A stretch of DNA of 64,000 bases from the NCBI GenBank assembly GCA_949297445.1, contig CASFSS010000007.1, forward strand, positions 8,042-72,041. Direction: 5' to 3'. The position numbers were made by a program, and so were the translations under genes. Positions 59,798 to 64,000 of the stretch are shown here, in pieces. Each line of letters begins with the position of its first letter. The first letter of the stretch is position 1. The notes below the pieces were generated by a model that had not been told where the DNA came from, did no database searches, and was given only the letters and a program-made list of their open reading frames with translations. This DNA comes from an uncultured bacterium (lineage in GTDB: Bacteria; Bacillota_I; Bacilli_A; RFN20; CAG-826).

Positions 59798-60355
59798 ATG
59801 AAATACCAAATTATTGGTAAGAACATTGCCGTTACCGATGGAATTCGCCACGCGATTGAAAAGAAACTTTCTCGCATGGACAAATATTTCGTCATAAATG
59901 ATGATGTTACTTGCCGCGTAGTAGTCAGATCTTATAAGGTTGGTGCGAAAATTGAAGTAACTATTTTTACCCCTCAAATGGATTTTCGTGCCGAAGTAAC
60001 CAACAATGATCTTTATGCTGGCGTCGATTTAGCTATCGACAAATTAGAGGGGCAAATGCGCAAATTGAAGACACGCATGGATCGTTCAAAGAGCGCTAAA
60101 CAAGGCTTAGGCAAATCGATTGCCTTTGAAAATATTGAGGCCGAAAAGGAAGAAATGGCCAAAGAGGATATGGTTGTTCGTACTAAATCATATTATCTTG
60201 AAGCAATGAGTTTGGAAGAAGCTATTACAAGAATGGAAGCTCTTGATCACCCGTTCTTTATATATTTAGATCGTGATGACGATCGTATATCTGTTTGCTA
60301 TACGCGCGAAGAAGGCGGCTATGGCATAATTCAAGCAGAAAACCCTTTAAAATAA
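59798..60355 (+). CDS. hpf: Ribosome hibernation promoting factor (long form)
   Basis: N-terminal RaiA/HPF domain plus the C-terminal dimerisation domain; GGAAAGGAG RBS. Confidence 0.92.
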   Translation: MKYQIIGKNIAVTDGIRHAIEKKLSRMDKYFVINDDVTCRVVVRSYKVGAKIEVTIFTPQMDFRAEVTNNDLYAGVDLAIDKLEGQMRKLKTRMDRSKSAKQGLGKSIAFENIEAEKEEMAKEDMVVRTKSYYLEAMSLEEAITRMEALDHPFFIYLDRDDDRISVCYTREEGGYGIIQAENPLK

Positions 60356-60377
60356 AACTCGTCCCTCCTTTTTATGA

Positions 60378-60400
60378 AACCCGTCTTTGACGGGTTTTTT
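60378..60400 (+). terminator. Rho-independent terminator after hpf
   Basis: acccgtc-ttt-gacgggt hairpin followed by T6. Confidence 0.7.
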
Positions 60401-60477
60401 ATATAATTGAGCGCGCATAGCGACTTTTTTTATGTTACAACTTGAAATAATTTGTATGATTAAATACAATCTAAACG

Positions 60478-61338
60478 ATGGATAAGTTAATTGCGACTGA
60501 TTTAGACGGAACTCTCTTTTATCCTAAAGCTCGTTTGCGTTTAATTAAACCAAAGGCCTTGCGCTTTATTCGGCGCTTTATCGATAGTGGTGGTCGTTTT
60601 GCCATCGTTTCTGGCCGGAATGAATATTTTGGGAAAAAAGTGGCAAAAAAAATTGGTCGGCCAATCGGCATAATCGGTTGTAACTCTGCTTTTATTATTC
60701 AAAATAATGAACGCATTAAACAGGATTACTTTGATAATAGCCGTTTAGCTTTTTTGATAAATTATATTAATGAGAACTATAAGCCGATGATTTTATGCTT
60801 GATGAGTGAAAAATATAATATGATTTCTAAGAGCACTAAATTTTCTATTTGGTATGCGTTTTGTTACATGATGTATGCCTTTTTCCAAGGTGTATATCGC
60901 GAACCAAATAAGTTTGACCGTGAAGCTTACGACGAAGAAGTTCAATACGGAAAAGTCTTTAAGATAATGGCTTTATTCGGAGCGGGCAAAAAAGCGAAGT
61001 TAAAAGCGATGGAAGTCAATAAGAAGTTGCGTAAAAAATTTGGTGATGAGTTCGAATTCTCCTGGTCACAAGAGGCTATTGAAATAACTCCGAGCCTTTG
61101 TTCAAAAGCAGAAGGATTGAAATTTTATATCGATTATCTTAAGATAAATCGCGACGATGTTTATGTCGTCGGCGATTCTGGTAACGATATTTCAATGTTT
61201 AATGATTTTTACGAGAATAGTTTCTGTATGGAACACGCGTCATTATCGGTCTCGAAATACGCGAATCACATCATTAAACGTTTCGCAGATATTGAAAAAT
61301 ATACGATGAAAGAAGGACAAAAAGAAGAAAATGAATGA
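60478..61338 (+). CDS. Cof-type HAD-IIB phosphatase
   Basis: Motif I ATDLDGTL and motif IV GDSGND; 286 aa. Confidence 0.8.
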   Translation: MDKLIATDLDGTLFYPKARLRLIKPKALRFIRRFIDSGGRFAIVSGRNEYFGKKVAKKIGRPIGIIGCNSAFIIQNNERIKQDYFDNSRLAFLINYINENYKPMILCLMSEKYNMISKSTKFSIWYAFCYMMYAFFQGVYREPNKFDREAYDEEVQYGKVFKIMALFGAGKKAKLKAMEVNKKLRKKFGDEFEFSWSQEAIEITPSLCSKAEGLKFYIDYLKINRDDVYVVGDSGNDISMFNDFYENSFCMEHASLSVSKYANHIIKRFADIEKYTMKEGQKEENE

Positions 61339-62209
61339 ATTTAACAACTACACACGCGTTATCGCCGATTTTATTAGGGTGAACTGCATTTTTCGCGATA
61401 CGTTGGAATATGTGATGGTCAAGCCTAAATACGATGTTAAGATGTACGAAAATCGTCGCAAAGCGCTCGAAATGGCCATGACAAACAACACTCCTTTAAA
61501 AGTAACTTGTGATAATTCACAAGAAGCCGGACAAAAATTGATGGAAAAGATGCAGGAACTTTTTTCGCTCGTCTATGGCGAAGATTCCTCTGTTGTTAGA
61601 GTGCGCGGTGAAGAATTGACGGTCGATAGTGCCCGTCACTTGGCCATTTTCGAATTAGTTATTCCAATTCACGAAGAAATCCGCAAGATTATCAGCGCTC
61701 ATGTTGATGCCGCTAAGAAAAATAACAAATACGATATGCCTTTAATTGACGAAACCATTAAAACTGACGAGAGATATTATCGAGGTTTTGCCGATTTATT
61801 ACTTTTTAATGAATTAGAAAAATTATTTGTTGAATACAATAAAGCGCGTAGCGAGGCAAAAGGTGCCATCACTCCTCAATCTAACTTTATTCAAAACGAT
61901 ATCGCAAAAATTGTGCAACTGATTAATTTTGTTCGTCAAAATGGACAAGTTACCAGCGCCGATTATTATGCCTATATTGATCCATTGTTTGCCTTGATTG
62001 AAATGACCAGTGGTCGTCGCGATTTGCCGACCGGCCGAACATTTAAGGACTTGTTCCCAGAAGTGCGATCATTGATAACTAAATTCGTCCAAGATAACGA
62101 AGTAAGCTATCAAAAATGTTATAGTCAATTGGTTCAATTGGCCGTGGAAGATGGCAAGCGTTTAGCGGAAGAAGCAAAGAAAAAAAGTGACGAGAAGGTA
62201 GCGGCATAA
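61331..62209 (+). CDS. Hypothetical cytoplasmic protein (292 aa, no recognised domain)
   Basis: Overlaps the end of the Cof phosphatase gene by 8 nt (translational coupling); I recognise no motifs. Confidence 0.5.
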   Translation: MNEFNNYTRVIADFIRVNCIFRDTLEYVMVKPKYDVKMYENRRKALEMAMTNNTPLKVTCDNSQEAGQKLMEKMQELFSLVYGEDSSVVRVRGEELTVDSARHLAIFELVIPIHEEIRKIISAHVDAAKKNNKYDMPLIDETIKTDERYYRGFADLLLFNELEKLFVEYNKARSEAKGAITPQSNFIQNDIAKIVQLINFVRQNGQVTSADYYAYIDPLFALIEMTSGRRDLPTGRTFKDLFPEVRSLITKFVQDNEVSYQKCYSQLVQLAVEDGKRLAEEAKKKSDEKVAA

Positions 62210-62246
62210 TTTTATTGTTTTACATTAAAATCAGTGCTACACTAAT

Positions 62247-62702
62247 TTGGCTATGAAAAAAGAAAACGAGAAAAAAATAAATAAAAATAATGAATTGACT
62301 GATGCGTTGTCGGTTAAGGAAATAATTGGCTATGCCATCGCTGGTTTAATTGGCGCTTTCGGCTTAGTTTTAATCATTTTAAACATTGTCGGCAGCGCGG
62401 TAAATAATAATTCCGGAACTAATCCTATCAAAGTTGCCGAATCTAATTTAATCAGCGCATTAAATGTCAATATTAGCTTTTTAGGATACGGCTTAATCTT
62501 TTTCGCTCTTGGGATAATTATTTTATTGATTGTTTTAGCTATTAACGCCAAGAAGACTGATCGTTTGATTGAAAAACAAATTCGTCGTCAACAACGTTTA
62601 CAAAGTTCAGCGCTTTTAGACGATGAAAACAAAAATGAATTGGTGGATGCCGAAATTGTCAATGACGAACCGGTTCCTACCATATCCGCAAAAGAACAAT
62701 AA
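62247..62702 (+). CDS. Hypothetical membrane protein (two TM helices, charged C-terminal tail)
   Basis: 151-aa ORF followed by a terminator. Confidence 0.5.
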   Translation: MAMKKENEKKINKNNELTDALSVKEIIGYAIAGLIGAFGLVLIILNIVGSAVNNNSGTNPIKVAESNLISALNVNISFLGYGLIFFALGIIILLIVLAINAKKTDRLIEKQIRRQQRLQSSALLDDENKNELVDAEIVNDEPVPTISAKEQ

Positions 62703-62720
62703 ATTTCATAAAAAATATTA

Positions 62721-62743
62721 GGCGCCATAACGGCGCTTTTTTC
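62721..62743 (+). terminator. Rho-independent terminator
   Basis: ggcgcc-ataa-cggcgc hairpin followed by T6. Confidence 0.6.
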
Positions 62744-62855
62744 TTTTTTAGCTAAAGTGTAACATCTTCTAAACAAAGTTTATTTTTTTAAAAATCGCGC
62801 TTGACTAACTTTTTTATTTATATATAATTCTCAATAGTTGGAAGGCAAACCTTTT

Positions 62856-63356
62856 ATGTTAGAAGAACATACAAACACCATCTCATTCAACGTTAAAAAG
62901 CTCAACCATATCTTTGGCCGAGTATTTCGTAATTATGAATGCATTGCAACATTAGAAGACCAAATTGGCACCTCGGCATTACTACTCGGTTTTATATATA
63001 GGTATCCGGATGGAACAATTTCGCAAAAAGATTTGTTAGAACGTTTTTCTATCACAAAAAGTACTTTATCAAAATCGCTTGCCTTACTTGAACAGAAAGA
63101 ATATATTTCTCGCAAATTAGATAATAATGATCATCGCATTCGCTATATTTCAGTTACCGAAAAAGGTGCCCAAGTGGTCAAAGCAGTTGATGAAGTAATT
63201 AAAAAATTAAATGAGGTAATGCTCGATGGTTTTACCAAAGAAGAGGCGGAGCAGTTCCTATCATTTTTGCTAAGAGCAATGAGTAATTTAAAAGAAGAAA
63301 AAGGAGCTATTGTTTATGAAGAAAAAAGCAAAAAATCAGTCAGTAACGAAGAATAA
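62856..63356 (+). CDS. MarR family transcriptional regulator
   Basis: Winged HTH (...SQKDLLERFSITKSTLSKSLALLEQKEYISRKLDNNDHRIRYISVTEKG). Start moved to ATG 62856 with GGAAGG RBS. Confidence 0.8.
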   Translation: MLEEHTNTISFNVKKLNHIFGRVFRNYECIATLEDQIGTSALLLGFIYRYPDGTISQKDLLERFSITKSTLSKSLALLEQKEYISRKLDNNDHRIRYISVTEKGAQVVKAVDEVIKKLNEVMLDGFTKEEAEQFLSFLLRAMSNLKEEKGAIVYEEKSKKSVSNEE

Positions 63357-64000
63357 GACCGAAAAACAACACGGCATTATTCGTACACTCGCTAAAAGTG
63401 TTCGTCAGTATAAAGTTTACGCCATTGTAAATCCGTTATTTATGATTGGCGAGACTCTTTGTGAATGTTTAATACCTTATGTTATAGGTCGTTTGATTAA
63501 CGCAATCGGTGGGGAAAGTCCAACTGGCGTTTTAGCGACAATAATCAATTGGTTTTTGTCCTTTATTGAGCCGACAAGTAGCTTTTATCATTTTGCTCCT
63601 TTATTGATTTTAGCAATTATTTTAATTTTACTAGCTGGCTTGTCGCTAGTTTTCGGTTTCTTAGGTGGCAAGTTTGCCGCAATTGCTTCAACCGGCTTTG
63701 CCAGCAATTTGCGACAAGATATTTTCTATAAGATACAAGATTTTAGCTTTGCTAATATTGATAAATTTTCCACGTCATCACTCGTTACAAGAATGACGAC
63801 TGACGTGACGAACGTACAAAATTCCTTCCAAATGTTAATTCGCATCGTTGTTCGCGTACCTTTGATGATGATTTTCTCCATCGCGATGGCATTCTCGGTT
63901 AACGATACGCTCAGTTGGATTTTTGTTTGTTTGTTACCGCTATTAGCTGTCGCGTTAGGTATCATCGTTTTCCGAGCCTTTAAAATATTCAACGTTTTAT
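63316..64000 (+). CDS. ABC exporter, fused permease/ATPase (type I exporter TMD; partial, runs off window end)
   Basis: ATG 63316 after AAGGAG. TM helices and the ...LVTRMTTDVTNVQN... motif typical of ABC-exporter TMDs. Overlaps the marR end, so likely co-transcribed as a marR-ABC efflux pair. Confidence 0.75.
   Translation, partial: MKKKAKNQSVTKNKTEKQHGIIRTLAKSVRQYKVYAIVNPLFMIGETLCECLIPYVIGRLINAIGGESPTGVLATIINWFLSFIEPTSSFYHFAPLLILAIILILLAGLSLVFGFLGGKFAAIASTGFASNLRQDIFYKIQDFSFANIDKFSTSSLVTRMTTDVTNVQNSFQMLIRIVVRVPLMMIFSIAMAFSVNDTLSWIFVCLLPLLAVALGIIVFRAFKIFNVL

Noticed and set aside
1-64000. CRISPR arrays, transposases, integrases, phage or restriction-modification genes
   Set aside because: I looked for direct-repeat/spacer periodicity, DDE or tyrosine-recombinase motifs and toxin/defence-like ORFs and found none. 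The window has Bacillus-like core synteny throughout.

Overview
This window reads as a 64 kb stretch of core chromosome from a low-GC Firmicute (Bacillota). TGA is a stop codon, GGAGG-type ribosome-binding sites are common, and lipoproteins carry ordinary lipoboxes, so this is not a TGA-recoding Mollicute. Gene order is strongly Bacillus-like: sufCDSUB, mnmG-rsmG, dnaD-nth, recU, gpsB-rnpB-pgsA-cinA-recA-rny-ymdB, miaB-ymcA, ispF-gltX, rpoE-fba, and a tRNA operon. There are no transposases, integrases, CRISPR arrays, restriction systems or other recognisable defence or mobile genes. Almost every gene is housekeeping and most are on the + strand with tight or overlapping junctions.

I called several things that the ORF track does not show: a bacterial type-B RNase P RNA, seven tRNAs, an FMN riboswitch, a SAM-I riboswitch, a 56-aa ferredoxin, a large lipoprotein running off the 5' edge, and a partial ABC exporter at the 3' edge. 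I also corrected the starts of eight track ORFs whose N-termini run into RNA genes or upstream non-coding sequence.

The least routine feature is the Rnf neighbourhood. An FMN-riboswitch-controlled RibU gene sits directly upstream of rnfCDGEA. That operon is followed by a 72-aa Cys-rich mini-ORF, an RnfB reduced to its N-terminal domain (no 2x[4Fe-4S] ferredoxin module), an extracytoplasmic ApbE flavin transferase, a NusG_II-domain protein, a Gx-transporter protein, and a convergent stand-alone ferredoxin. Together these look like a flavin acquisition and flavinylation module bolted onto an Rnf complex with a non-canonical electron-input subunit.

Secondary items:
- a tandem pair of MacB-type fused ABC transporters next to an M6-like metalloprotease lipoprotein;
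- a half-length SufD;
- a head/neck-only CCA or poly(A)-polymerase-family nucleotidyltransferase;
- two tRNA-Gln isoacceptors (CUG and UUG) in one operon;
- a palindromic operator-like site in a divergent promoter;
- a long structured leader before rny.
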